DNA of 64,000 nt from Octopus sinensis (taxonomy: Eukaryota): contig NC_042997.1 of NCBI RefSeq assembly GCF_006345805.1, positions 145,824,001 to 145,888,000 of the forward strand. Direction: 5' to 3'. This document shows positions 23,756 to 37,094 of the stretch, one piece after another. The notes under the pieces were generated by a model. It worked only from the letters and a program-made list of their open reading frames with translations, had not been told where the DNA came from and made no database searches. The translations under genes and the position numbers were made by a program. The number at the start of each line of letters is the position of its first letter. Within the stretch, counting starts at the first letter, position 1.

Positions 23756-24220
23756 CTAGACTAGACTACCCGTGACCCATTGGGTCACCTGGAAAGTTTG
23801 GGTTTCCCAGCAATTGAGCTTTCTTTCGTGGATTCTTTTTTTCTTTTCCAGGTTATTTCGCATGCCTTCAGCGAATGTGACATCAAAATCATGCGTAAAC
23901 GGTTCCTTTCCCCAGAAAAGGAAATATTTGGCTGCTATTTCTTGCACGCCCTGCTACCACATAACGGGTATTGCGATCCTTTATCGCAAATAGCTGTTAC
24001 GTGGTAACAGGGCGTACTAGAAATAGCAGCCAAATCTTTGAAGCTGAGATACGTTGAATTCACTCGAAAAAGTTTTCCGCTTTGACTCCCAGAACTCTCA
24101 TCCGGATCACCTGGTTTTGTTCGGTAATTTCCGTAAATTCGTTTTATTTATTTACTTTTGTTTTAAAGTGAAAGAAAGGAGAAAATGAAGGATGTATGAA
24201 CGTGTATATAAAATGGACGA

Positions 24221-24271
<51 letters not shown>

Positions 24272-25160
24272 TGTGTGTGTGTCACTTACGCATACCTTCA
24301 CTCACTCACTCACTCACTTTCTCTCTCACACACAAATGCACATGCACACGTACATAAAATAAGATGTATGCCTATGTATTGATGTATGTAAGAATACATG
24401 ACCATACACCCCTTCATTCATTCTCTCTTTCACCCTCTCTCTCCCTTTTTTTCTCTCTCTTCCTCTCTCTCCACTCTCTCGCTCTCTCTCTCTCTCTCAT
24501 TTCTCTCTCTCTTTCATACACATGCACGTCCATTTTATATACATGTGCATACATCTTTCACCTTCACCTCTCTTTCACTTTAAAAGTACATAAAAATTTT
24601 TACGGAAATTAACGAACTCCGGATGACAAGAGAAAGATTGACATTCACTTGAAAATAATTAAAAAAGAAACATTGAAATATATTCTGTTTAAAGAAAGAT
24701 AAAATATAAATACTTACTCTACAAAAAGCTTACATTTTTGGAATCACATTCAGTTAAAAATATGTCTAAACGATTAAAATATTGCGTACGTCAAAAAGTT
24801 GGCATTTTTTCTCCTTAGGGAGCGTCAAAACGATGTGAGTGTATATGTCACAGATAGCGGACGTGTGTTTGTGCTGATTTCATGCCATGTCACTCACTAT
24901 ATGCGGGTCTATTCTACATGTGTGTACGTGTGATGATGTCACGGAAGCCATGTTTTTTTCGTCAAGAAATAACTAACAAAAATTCTGTTTAATCATTTTC
25001 ATTAATAAACATAGGTCCAGATGTCACAAAAATTTGTACCGCACTGCCGAATGTAAGTATGAAAATATATATACAAAAAAAAATCAAGATAAAATATAAT
25101 ATTTCTGAGATATTTCGGTTACACACAAACATCTCTAGAGTATTAGTATTATTAATATAT
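23756..25160 (-). mobile_element. Probable non-autonomous Helitron (5' boundary uncertain)
   Basis: Minus-strand 3' end has hairpin GTGACCCA-A-TGGGTCAC followed by CTAG. Confidence 0.55.
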
Positions 25161-25315
25161 ATATATATAAAACAACAAATGGATAATGTGTCAATTCACT
25201 ACTACTCTTTCCAACGAACATTTAATTGATTAATGGAGAGATTACACTATTAGAAAGTCCCGATCTATTACACACACACACACACACACATATCTATATA
25301 TATAGATATATACGT

Positions 25316-25381
<66 letters not shown>

Positions 25382-25503
25382 CCTGCTCGCTTAGCCAGCG
25401 GGGTGGCGTCATTCGAAGGCTAAAACAACGTGAACGCATTGTGACCAGCGATGTGTAGCAACATCTGATGGACTGGTCGGTCATGTGATCACGTGATATA
25501 TAT

Positions 25504-25572
<69 letters not shown>

Positions 25573-25812
25573 ATATATGTATAATGAAAGTGTTGCTCAC
25601 ACATTTACTTCATGTAACATACTGAAGCAGCTTTTGATATTTACAGATATTGTTTCTTGAAATCCCTGTATTATATTTCATATATCCGGTGTCGTTCAAT
25701 TCTAAAGAGGAAAGTAGATATTTTCAAATAGATAAAGATACACAACCTATGTAGTAGATATATAAAGAGCGTTAATGCAGCTATATTTCCATAGATTGAA
25801 TAAAATGAGAAA

Positions 25813-25859
25813 CAGCCCTAATCGATTTTCGAACATTATTTAGTTCTCATCAGAGGTTT
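25813..25859 (-). ncRNA. Minimal type I hammerhead ribozyme motif, intact core (Penelope-type)
   Basis: aacct CTGATGA gaac-taaataat-gttc GAAA atcgat TA gggct; perfect stem II, palindromic stem III, stem I only about 3-4 bp. Confidence 0.75.
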
Positions 25860-26064
25860 GTACATTAAGCTTTAACAATTCTAGAGAAACAATTCTTTCA
25901 ATCTGTTTATATATTCAACAATTCCAGTAGTTACAAAGAATAGGAGCTTCTAATCTGCGTCTCAGAGGTGTTAATGCTTTATTTAAAATCAGGGGCCTAT
26001 CAACGGGTATCTCAGTCAACTCAGTATCAAGTTATGATATATGTGTAAACCATACACACACACA

Positions 26065-26281
26065 TGAAAGGGTACTGAAAAGTTCCTGGCTTTTGGTGAA
26101 AGAAAATACAGTAGGATCAGTTAATTATGATTTTATTGAAGATATCCCTCTCTCAGATTCAAATACTTATTGCAGCGTTCCTTTAATCTTACTAAGCCCT
26201 GTAAAGGAACTCGGGCGGTTGGGCCTCTGACCAGGCCTTTTGTGATACCTTTAAAGCCAGGAACTTTTCAGCTACCCTTCG
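26065..26281. mobile_element. Mariner-type MITE
   Basis: TIR ..GGGTA(G)CTGAAAAGTTCCTGGCTTT at both ends; TA at the right flank. Confidence 0.85.
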
Positions 26282-26285
26282 TATA

Positions 26286-26332
<47 letters not shown>

Positions 26333-26790
26333 TATATATATTATATATATATATTTACTTTTATTAAATCTGTATGTTTAATAAGAAGTTATGACAGAAC
26401 TGATATGCATTTAAAGAAATATCTTTTTAACCAATAGACGAGTTTCGTCGTAGCAAGACAGTTGTTGGAATTACATTAAAAGAAAACCTGTGTACAATTC
26501 GTTTTAATGTTATTGCCAAATATGTGTTCGGTTATAGAAATCAGATAACATAGAGTGAAAGAAGTTGGGAGGCTAGGCTAACATATCAGACTTGTTACTT
26601 TGATCCCTGCGATTTAAAATGTGTGTAGAAAATTAATTCTTGTATTTATTGCTTATTTTCCTTAAAAACAGGCATGTATTCTTTTTGCCTGTTCTAACAC
26701 CCGAACTGCTCACAAACACTTTTGAAACAAACAATATTCATTTTTTTGTAATCGCATTGAAGCTTCGTTCGAGTCTAACACAAAGCTTAC

Positions 26791-27130
26791 CACACCATCG
26801 TCGTTTTATCAAAGAAAGCAAAAAGCTTTTCTCTCGAGTGGCTACGACGAATGAGGCGCCATGGTGGTTGTAGTTGAAATGTCTATGGCCAGACTCTCTC
26901 CTCTCCAAGTTTTTCAAGTGCCACTTGATAATGAATATGAAGACGACAGAGGGAGCGTTCTTTGCGTGTGAATTTCTCAAATGGTGGATGACAGTAGCTA
27001 AAATATGGGTGGAACTACTCTAAGCTTGTTGTGATAGAGGATAGTTACTACTCGTGGCCATAGTGATATTGCGTCTTCATTCGGACGTTCTTGTGTATCC
27101 AAGGTCTGTATTATCCATGTAATTGTATAA
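26791..27130 (-). other. Candidate host first exon ending ATG GTG TG|GTAAGC
   Basis: Apparently unique sequence plus a consensus donor at 26790; no transcript evidence. Confidence 0.3.
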
Positions 27131-28770
27131 TTTGAATGTTTTTTTTATCTCATTCATTTTTCCTCCTCACCTGATTTTATGCAAAACACCACGTTATGAA
27201 TAACTTGTCTTTTTATATCTGTCTAACGCCATAATGAGAAATAAAAGAAATTATTACCAAGTGGTCAATATTTTGAATTCTTAGCAAGTTGGACAAAATC
27301 TTTTGTGGTGTATTTTTCGACTCTTTACGTTCTGACTTCATATCCTACATAGCTCATATCCTTTCAGACTCGTTAAAATAAACTAACGGCCTAGTACTGA
27401 GGCTAACCACATCGACCAACACACTCACCTTAAAACTACTGGCCTTGTGCCTTATTTAGAAAGCATTATTATTACTGTTATAATGTAGCAGTTCATTAAT
27501 GGAGTCAACAATAACCTTCTCTCCTCCAAATTGTTGGTCTGTTGCCTAAACCAGAAACCATTATTGGTGGTGATGGTAGTGGTAGTGGTGGTGGTGGTGG
27601 CGGTGCTGTTGGTGATTGTGGTAGCGGCTGTTTAATACATAGAGAAACCTACTGTGGAGCAGAACATACATGGCTGCGAAAGTTTTATTGAATATTTAGG
27701 ACAGAGGTGTCGAGTATATTTAGACAATAACAGACAGAAGTTCTCAAGAAAAGCCACACAATATTCTGCAAATGTATATATACATTTATAAACTATTTTC
27801 TTTTAATTACCTTGCTCACTTTTTCAACTTCAATAATTTTCTCCAATCTCACTACACTTCTAAACAACCAATCATAATTGGCATAAACACCATGTTATAT
27901 CATCTCTTACTGCCAGATGTTAAAGGCTAACTTCTCGTCTTCAGCTTTCGGCTTCTCTCCCATTTTTTACCTCGGCGGTTTTTTTTCTTACTGGGACAGG
28001 CTATATCAGAAATTCTTATCTCCTTGTGCGACGTAGTCTCAAAGTTTACTTTGACCTAACAGATGTTAAGTTTTAAGCATGTGTTTTTTCAAAAATTCGA
28101 ATTAGTTTCCTTTTCGTTTTTTCTCCTCTATAGTTTCTCTCTAATAGCTTAATTTTACATCACATCAATGTGTGCAAAAAATACTTTTGGTTTATAAGAT
28201 TATCAATGTATTTTATGACAGTTAACATAATCATTCCCATGAACAGTGTCCTTGGAAACATAATTTAATGAGACATAGCAATGTAGTTTACATCAACAGA
28301 ACCGCGACACAGTCATTAAACATAAGAAAACAGTCTTGTACCAAACTCATTCAAAACATTAACAACACACATTAAAACCTTCAAAGCTATGCATTACAGT
28401 TTATAACCATCGTTAATGGCGACATTGCACTACGTGTCATTGTCTACATTGCATCTCGTAGGCCAGGCTTGCTCATTTGGTTGATCATCTACAAACATCG
28501 AGTGTGGTTCTAACTGAAGTACCGCTCACATACTTCAGCCTGATCAGTTGGCTGATATTCTTCAGAGGTCAGGTATGATTCACGCTCAACTGCTGCTTAC
28601 ACACGTCTTCATCAGTCTGTTGATTGTCTTAATTGATCAAATGCTGCTCTAACTAAAACACTGTTCACATGCTCTTCGCTAATCAGTCGCTGACCTTCCA
28701 CAAATGGCAAATGTAGATCCCACAACTGCTCGCATGCTGATGTTTTGTATACAAAAGGAAACATAGATAC

Positions 28771-29003
28771 CTATTTCTTTACTACTCACAAGGGGCTAAA
28801 CACAGAGGGGACAAACAAGGACAGACATAGGTATTAAGTCGATTACATCGACCCAAGTGCGTAACTGGTACTTAATTTATCGACCTCGAAAGGATGAAAG
28901 GCAAAGTCGACCTCGGCGGAATTTGAACTCAGAACGTAACGGCAGACGAAATACGGCTACGCATTTCGCTCGGCGTGCTAACGTTTCTGCCAGCTCGCCG
29001 CTT
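28771..29003 (-). mobile_element. SINE family A, alternative tail, little diverged
   Basis: Close match to 2635-2858 and 11241-11474. Confidence 0.9.
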
Positions 29004-30101
29004 TAAGGAAACTTAGATACCATCATAAAAAAAGCCATTCAGCTGATGTCAAAGATTTTTAATAAGTCACTATGACTTCTAACTCTCAGGTGTTCTTTTC
29101 TTTTTCTTTTTTGCTCACCCTTTTTTTTCTGTCAATGCTGCAAAGGGATATGCTTTTCTGCTCATTAATCTAATATCCTCTCCACCCAAGTTAACTTTAC
29201 ATACCCATCTTTCTTCCTCGTGTGCTACCTCTAATGTCTCCCCTTCAATTAGAGGAACTAAACCCGTTGTCTAACCTTTCCTCTCTGTATATGCAATCCT
29301 CTAGAACTCTCCTCCTATCCATGTGTTTTCTGTAGATATTAACCTATTGAAGCTGAAGCTCGACATCAACTACACCAATATCACCAGTTTGGAGGAAGGA
29401 TCTGCTCAGACCTAATGCTTTCCTTCTCTAACTGTACCTCACTAAAGCATGTACACTATGACATGAGATGACTAACTCTTTAACTATTTATCTTACATAG
29501 CCTACTCAAGTCTAATGTCAATTTCATCCATCTAGATTTCATCAATGTTTTTTTTTCTATCTTACTTGTTTCATAATTTGTATGATCGCAAGTATGAATG
29601 TTTGATTAAGAAGTACGTTTCGAAATCGGATTTTTCGGATACAGTTCATCTCCATTGTAGTTTGAGCAAATATCTTCCATTACATTCTCAAGAAACCGAA
29701 AAACCGGTAGCACCCCTCCCTACAGAAATACAATAGACTAAAGAAATCTGTAGTCAACGATGCTATTTTCATGAATTGCGATTATAAAGCAAAAAGGTTT
29801 TCTTGGAATATGGGAAGCACTTTAATCATCGAAGCTGCTAAATAAATCATTTTGTAAAGTAATATTTTTACACTTCAGAAAATTTGCTTCCTCTCCGTAA
29901 TTTTGTTCATTTGGAATCTCATTTGATTCTCTGCACAGCAGTCTTTCTCAGTTTATGTTGATTGATCTGATATCAAATTTATTCCTTTAATACTCGATTC
30001 TTTCAGTCTTAGTAGAGTACATGTTTATCAAACTTTTACAAAACGAGAGGAGTGTCAGCGACTTCGATGTTCCAGTAGGCTATTTCTCATCAGACTCTCT
30101 C

Positions 30102-30184
<83 letters not shown>

Positions 30185-30187
<3 letters not shown>

Positions 30188-30402
30188 AGAGTAAGCACAT
30201 AAATGTGAAACAAGGTGGGAAACGATAGTACTCGAATACCAGAGGTAGAGTAATATGCTTTATTAATGAAGCTGCAAAGACATGACAAAAACTGTTGCTC
30301 GGCGTCTCACGTACCCTTTCTTCAAACTGTCCGACAAACGGAAACGTGAAACTCTGAGTAACAGCTTTTGTGATGTCTTTGCAGCTTTATTAACAAAGTA
30401 TA
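30185..30402. mobile_element. Penelope-like non-autonomous piece with inverted duplication and hammerhead-like motif
   Basis: Inverted arms 30253-30312 and 30343-30402; motif ctgt CCGACAA acg-gaaa-cgt GAAA ctctgag TA acag at 30327-30364. Confidence 0.6.
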
Positions 30403-30412
30403 TATATATATA

Positions 30413-30738
30413 TACAAGAGTTACGGAATGGAGTAGGTAATATCAGGGCTACATATGTTTCATAGCGGGCGGAACCTCTGAAGTGGTCAAAATCCAAGCG
30501 AGGTGTATACCGCCAGCTACTTTTCAGGCCAAGGATATCTTGATATCTAATTGAATCTTCCATGCGTCAACATGTGCATCCTTGCAACAAAGTAACCTTT
30601 AATTTAAACCAGATATCCTAGGCCAGTAGAGTAGCTGGTGGTAAACACCTCGCTTGGATTTTTACCACTTCTGAAGTTCCGCCTGCTATGAAACATATGT
30701 AGCCCGGATCTTATCTACTCCATTCCGTAATTCTTGTA
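30413..30738. mobile_element. Element with ~128-bp inverted arms, each holding a hammerhead-like motif
   Basis: Arms 30413-30540 and 30611-30738 are imperfect reverse complements; each reads ggc-core-gtagc..gctat GAAA catatg TA gcc. Confidence 0.75.
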
Positions 30739-30744
30739 TTCTTA

Positions 30745-31015
30745 TTCGTACACCCGACATCCTTGGTCACTTACCGCGGAATATAAAAAGAACTTTTTTC
30801 CAGCTTATCGTTCTTCTATGCGAAAAAAATCAACAACCTCCCCTCTCAATAAACCACTATTGTCCCTGAAAGCCTGCATTTTGTTTGTGTCCCTGCAGTC
30901 TTCTTCCATTCATATGAGGTGGCACCTCTGTTGTTGCAGTTTCGCCGGCAGGGCAGTCTTGCGCTTCCTTTTCCCAGGTGTCGGGATTGATCTCAAAGCT
31001 CTTCAGCGAGGCATT
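30745..31015 (-). mobile_element. RTE-clade LINE 3' remnant
   Basis: SLKSFEINPDTWEKEAQD resembles the RTE/BovB C-terminal W..AQDR motif. Confidence 0.75.
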
Positions 31016-31069
31016 TTGTGTGTGTGTACGTATGTATATGTATGTATGTATGTATGTATATGTATATAT

Positions 31070-31127
<58 letters not shown>

Positions 31128-31487
31128 GTGTGTGTATGTATATATGTATATGTGTATATATGTATGTATATGCATATATGTTCCCAAGCAACACTTATTT
31201 TAGTTGATACTACTGGATTCAATGGTACCGCCCAGGTGTCGAAACCATAATGATATCCATGGGACAACTGATGATGGAGCTATGTTGGATTGTTTGTATG
31301 GCTGTTTTTGTATATGTTGAATAGTATTATAACACATCCTTTTGATGTATATATATATATATATATATCGAACCCACAAGAGTAAACAAGAGAGACAGAG
31401 ACAAGCAGAAACAAAGAAAATGCCACTTGTATTTGAACACTATGCAAATATTCTTTTTAAAAAAGTTTTCTATCTTGACTTTTTTTT

Positions 31488-31547
<60 letters not shown>

Positions 31548-32426
31548 TCTCGATGGTAGTCTCTCGAGCTCAAGTAAGACGGTTCTGCAATTTCTTGCCG
31601 ACAACCTGCACAGATGATGTGTTTATAGTGATCAAACGTTTGTGTTGTACATGAGGTCACTCCCCACATCTAATCGACATTGCCTATATAGATGCACAGT
31701 GTGCCATACGTCAAATGTCTAAGTGGTCGCAGACAACGTGAAATGAAGTGTTTTGCTCGTGAGCACAGTGCACTACCCGATACGAATGAATGCGTGAATC
31801 AAAGAAAGTTTGAAAGCTGCAGAAAATTAATACTTTCGGCATGAATTGACTGTATTAGCAGAATGACAATCCTTCACTATAATATTAATATTAATTTCTA
31901 ACATAAGCATGGGACCTAGTTACATTATATAAAATCGACTCAACATGCAACTGGCACTTTATTTCATCGGCCCTAGAACGCTGAAACACAAAAAGTTAAA
32001 CCTGATAGGATTTGACCTGTGGACAAAAATGTCTTTTAGCAAATAGCACAGGTTTTTGTTTATTCATTGCTTTTCTAGTTCTGTACAACCAAACACTCAT
32101 CACCCCTTATAAATGCAAAATGTTTTCAATAGAATCGCTGAACATGACCATAGTTAAGTTACATTTCAATTTGTATTTTCACAGGATTTTTAATAGAAAT
32201 ACGCCAAATTCAACTTCGTAAAATAGAAATGGGTGGAGTAGTTCTTGTTATAATAGGAAAGAGGCAGTTAAAAGTTGATATTTCGGTATCAGGTGTCATA
32301 TATAACTGAAGCTACATCTCTGTGGTATGAAGTATTTTAAAATATTAAAGTAAGCAGATAAGCAAACAAAAATTATAATCTGCGACAGTCAGCAAATATT
32401 CTTGGTATCACTTAGCAAACTGTTTT

Positions 32427-32461
<35 letters not shown>

Positions 32462-33260
32462 CACACACACATACGTATGTATGTATATATATGTTTATAT
32501 ATATGTATATATGCATGTATATATGTATGCGTGTATGTATATATGTTTGTGTGTTTGTGTATGTATGTATATATGTATGCATGTGTGCATGTATGTATGT
32601 ATATATGTATGCATGTGTGCATGTATGTATGTATATATGTATGTATGCAAACACACATACATATTTATATGTCGGTGTATGAATTTTTTTTTTATTTACA
32701 CAGGAATCTTTGGACTTAGTTTTCTATTTCGTAGTTTAGTTCTCCCCATTATATTTGAAATAATGTTATTTTAATTGTCAAAGAAGCAATGGAACAAATA
32801 TTTTGAAATTGCATAGTGCGCTGCAATGAATAATTAATAATGAGACCGTTTGGCCCCGTGCAATTTGTAAAATAAAACAAATTTTCAAATCTTTGAAATA
32901 CTCTTCCTCTTTTTGTTTTTTGTTACCATAGGCATTAACAAATCAATTAAAAGTGTTACAATTTGTTGACTGAAGACTTAAGTGTCTCATTAACGTATTG
33001 TTTAGCACTAAGCTGTAGACAGTACCTAGATCTTAAGTCTTTCAGAGGCGAGATAGATAGCCCCCACCCCACCCCCCAAAAAAAAAAAAAACTCTAGAAG
33101 CGCAAAAATTTATTCATTGATCTTACATTGATTACACATAAATTTGTCCTTTATTATTAAATAAATGAAGCATTTCTGGTTGGAAATTATAAAATATATA
33201 TATAATTTTTGCTTCGTGAAGATTGTCTAAAATTTGTACCACCGAACAATAAGTACATCT

Positions 33261-35013
33261 TTATTTGTGATAATCTTGGAAAGATTGCTTCTTTTTACAA
33301 AGACAGAGAGGAACTTCGAAAATAGAACACCCTGTTCTGATTTGTCTAGCTTTTGAACTGCACAAAGCACACCTCTTCCTAGTTCCTCTTATTTGATGAT
33401 GAGTTGACTCTCTCTTTCTAATCTCCAATGAAACATGAGGCTTTTGCCTTTTAATTTCTATTGAAGGCCCTTTAGTCTTTCTTTTTAGCACAAAATAGAT
33501 TCTGCTGCTAAGCCATCATTAACTTCCAATCTGAATTTTTTTCAGTGTCATATTGCTGTCCTGTACTTTCTTATGAAGTATGAACGCGTTTACAATTGCT
33601 GCATCAAGAAAGTAAAAAAATATTCTGTGCCACCATTTGTGACTCTTACGGTCTATTTCATAGGTTTTTCTTTAGCTGGTCAAACTTATCTACATAATTC
33701 ATATGTAGGTTGTAATCCTTTATCATAAGTGGACAGTTTATTTGGACCTTGCTTCCATCCTTTCCCCGCCTTGGAACTTGGCATATTTCAGTAGGATCGT
33801 GAAAACTTCACGTAACATATACCACTCTCTTATCTTTTCATTTCACAGCCGAGATTCCATCACCAGAAATAAACCAGTCATGTTCACCTCTTTCCAAGTC
33901 TTTGTCATTCTTATAAGATTGAGGAATTTTCACCTTTTCTTATTTAAAGTGCCACATGCAAATAATTAATCTCCTTTTAAATCCTTAATTAGGTCATAGC
34001 TAGTAAAATAGTCGTCAAAAAAACTTTATGGTTTACCCCTTTTAGTTGACTTGTTAGTTTTCTAACTTCATTCCCTCCTAAATCTCTTGTAAATTTACCG
34101 GCATTTTTACCTGTATAAATTTCACCATCAATAAAATAATCTGACTTATCTGCCAGTACCCAAATTTTATAACACCTACTTATTGGTTTGATTGGGTTAT
34201 ATTACTTTACACTATTCCTACCCTTAAATATTACCATTGATTCGTCCACGGCACCTACATCACTTGCACAATAGCATTCTTTCAAGTTATTTATGATCAT
34301 TTCAAGGTATGATCTGGCTTTGTACAATCTATCTAAGTTACGGGAGTCCCTTTCTGGTATAAGAGAATTGTCATTCCAATGAACATGTAATAATAACCAA
34401 TCAAATTTTTTAATGGCATTCGTTTGCTTATAAAAGGATCATTTAGCTTTGGACCTGTGCTCCAATAATCCCTATAACTGGGCAAATGATAAACTCGCAT
34501 CATCAAATTAATTGCTAAAAACATTTTTATTTCTTTGGCAGAGATAGGACCTAAATTTTTACCTGATTGAACAGCATACAAATTAGTATGAAAAGCAATA
34601 TGCTCTATTATGTTATCAGTGAACAAATTGCTGAATATTGCATAAGATGTGGGCGCTTGCATTTCCTGGATATCTTTTGCTACACTACTTGATTTGGTAA
34701 AAATAATTGTTGGTTGTGCAACATTTACGTTAGCCCATTTTGGATTTTTATTACTTGCAAAGGAGGCTAATGGAACATCATCTGAATCGGATTCTGATAA
34801 ATCATCAAACTCTATATTTGCTGTTTCTTCCTCCTGAACATTATTTTGTTCTTCCGAAGCTTCTTCTGAGTCATCATCATCACAAGCTGATTCATTGTCT
34901 GAAAGCAATACCTTCATGCAACATTTCCTCAATTTCGTTTTGAGATAATGGATTTCGGTAGCAAGACATTTTGTAAGGGTAAAATCAGAAAATATTACTA
35001 GCTGCCACTTCAC
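33261..35013 (-). pseudogene. piggyBac (PGBD-like) transposase pseudogene
   Basis: YRDYWS, VDESMVIFKG, FDDYFTS, YNLHMNYVDKFDQ, KWWHRIF and a Cys-rich C-terminus RCALC; stops and frameshifts. Confidence 0.92.
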
Positions 35014-35049
35014 AAATTCATAAGGAATTTATAAATCTAAAAAAATATA

Positions 35050-35405
35050 AGTGTGGAGTGGCTGTGTGGTAAGTAGCTTGCTTACCAATCACATGGTTCA
35101 GTCCTACTGCGTGACACCTTGGGCCGACTAAACCTTATGAGTGGATTTGGTGAACGGAAACTGAAAAAAGCACGTGTGTGTGTGTGTGTGTGCGTGTTTG
35201 TGTCTGTTTATGTCCCCCACCATCGCTTGACATCCGATGTTGGTGTGTTTACGTCCCCGTAACCTAGCGGTTCGGCAAAAGAGACCGATACAATAAGTAT
35301 TAGGCTTGCAAAGAATATGTCCTGGGGTCGATTTGTTCAACTAAAGGTGGTGCTCCAGTATGGCCGCAATCAAATGACTGAAACAAATAAGAAAATAAAA
35401 AAAAA
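35050..35405 (+). mobile_element. SINE family B nested in the piggyBac 5' region
   Basis: Colinear with the other B copies. Confidence 0.85.
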
Positions 35406-36267
35406 GAATATTGTTTAGGTACTTGACTCATACCTTCTTGAAAAATAGTAACACAAAACTGCTATGTAGGTAGGTACTTCAAATAAAAATATAGTTATAT
35501 TAAATTACATTTTTCAATTACTTCTAATTTCGTATAAGTTAAATTTTCAAACATCAATTAGATACAAATGTTTATAATGTATAAGAGTAAATAAAAATAC
35601 ATATTAATTTTATAATCCTAAATCGACTTTTCATTGCACGAACAAATGTTTGTTTATTTGGTTGCTCACTGGTTCTAAAAATATACTACCAATTTAACTA
35701 AATATAAACGTTTTAATTTTAATAATTTACCTATAATTATGCTAAATACATTTAATAAACAAAATATAGAAAAAAAAACTTCTTGCCTTCACTTCAATAA
35801 ACAAATTTAGAACAAAAATTTGTACTCTTGGTTTTTCGTCGACTGACCTTTTTGGCACAAAATGGATTCAATTAAAAAAATTATACCGTTTGTATCGAAG
35901 AAATTGGTGCCAGGTGTAAGGGTAGGTACTGATTGGTTGATAGATGAAATGGTCGCTTTTTGTGAGCTACCGACCATGCAGCGAAAAGAATTTTAAGTTT
36001 TAGTACGAATTATGTACCACCGCTCATTAAACTGATACAAATAAGTGGTACTTTATTTGTACCACCCATCTTGAAAGAGTTAATGCTTGTAATTATCCTA
36101 ACTCTGTGATATGCACCTAAACGTTGATAGAGGACATCTAGAATATGAAATGCTAAATTTCGATCGTGTGATTTTTCAAGCCGATTCGTTATATGAAAGA
36201 AAAACGTATTCTGGGAATTTGTTTAAAATTACCTTCAAATTTTCAGTGAAATGGCTTTATTAATGAG

Positions 36268-36470
36268 TGCGGCGAGTTGGCAGAATCGTTTACAGGCCCA
36301 GAGTAGTTAGTAGCGTTTTGTCCGTCTTTACGTTTTCAGTTCAAATCCCACCGAGGTTAACTTTGCCTTTAATCGTATCGGGTTCAATGAAATAAATGCC
36401 AGTTGAGTACTAAGTCGATGTAATTTGATGACTTACCCCTCACTCGAAACTGCTGGCCCTCTACCAAACT
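36268..36470 (+). mobile_element. SINE family A (diverged)
   Basis: Family A motifs. Confidence 0.75.
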
Positions 36471-36474
36471 TTGG

Positions 36475-36720
36475 TAATTTCATGCGAGTTCTTTCTGTGC
36501 TACATGCTTATACGTCCATGTTCCTGAGATGTGTGCAGCATTGTGTTCTTATTTTTGCTGGGATTGGAGGAGTGTATATTCCTCCTGTTGGTGCACTGCA
36601 TCAGTTTGTTTTGTTATGAGGTTTCATCTCTTGTTTCATGTTACACTGGTGTGCGTTCTACCGTGTGTGGTCTGTGTAATCTGAGTTCTGTTGGATTACT
36701 GGGACTTAATTCATATATGG
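36475..36720. repeat. Unclassified dispersed repeat, second copy at about 40110-40260
   Basis: Shared GTAATTTCATG..GTGCAGCATTG(T/G)GTTCTTATTTTTG(C/T)TGGGATTGGAGGAG. Confidence 0.7.
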
Positions 36721-37094
36721 TATATGTTGCGTATGTTGTGTTGTTTTAGATTATTAGATGCATGTTGTATAGAGTGTTGAGTTATATGAGAAGATTGTTC
36801 TATCAGGTTGAGTAAAATGTAAGCAACGTTTTGAACCATGAATAATTTGTACCGGATTTTTTTACAGAGTTTTGAATTTTTTAAAACATTTTTGTAATTG
36901 TCTGATAATACACACACAGACTTCCCCAAATGCATCAATAAATTAACATTGATATTTTTTTCAACGTTGTTACAATTATTTCAACTTGTTTGTGTGTGTT
37001 TGTGCGTTGTTCGAAAAGTTTGGCGTAAGTTGTAATAATTGCGTTTAATTATTGAATTTGCACTGTTGATTTATTACGTTGATTTATTACTCTC

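Larger units (their letters stand above)
33037..36079 (-). mobile_element. piggyBac element (left end tentative)
   Basis: Right end GAAAGAG|TTAA at 36080-36083; candidate left end TTAA|GTCTTTCA at 33033; encloses a decayed transposase. Confidence 0.6.

Noticed and set aside
30050-30097. Minus-strand CTGATGA..GAAG hammerhead
   Set aside because: No GAAA or UH site and stem II only 2 bp; not counted.
33261-35013. Domesticated PGBD gene; likewise SETMAR at 41883-42548
   Set aside because: Multiple stops and frameshifts, transposon ends present, no SET domain.
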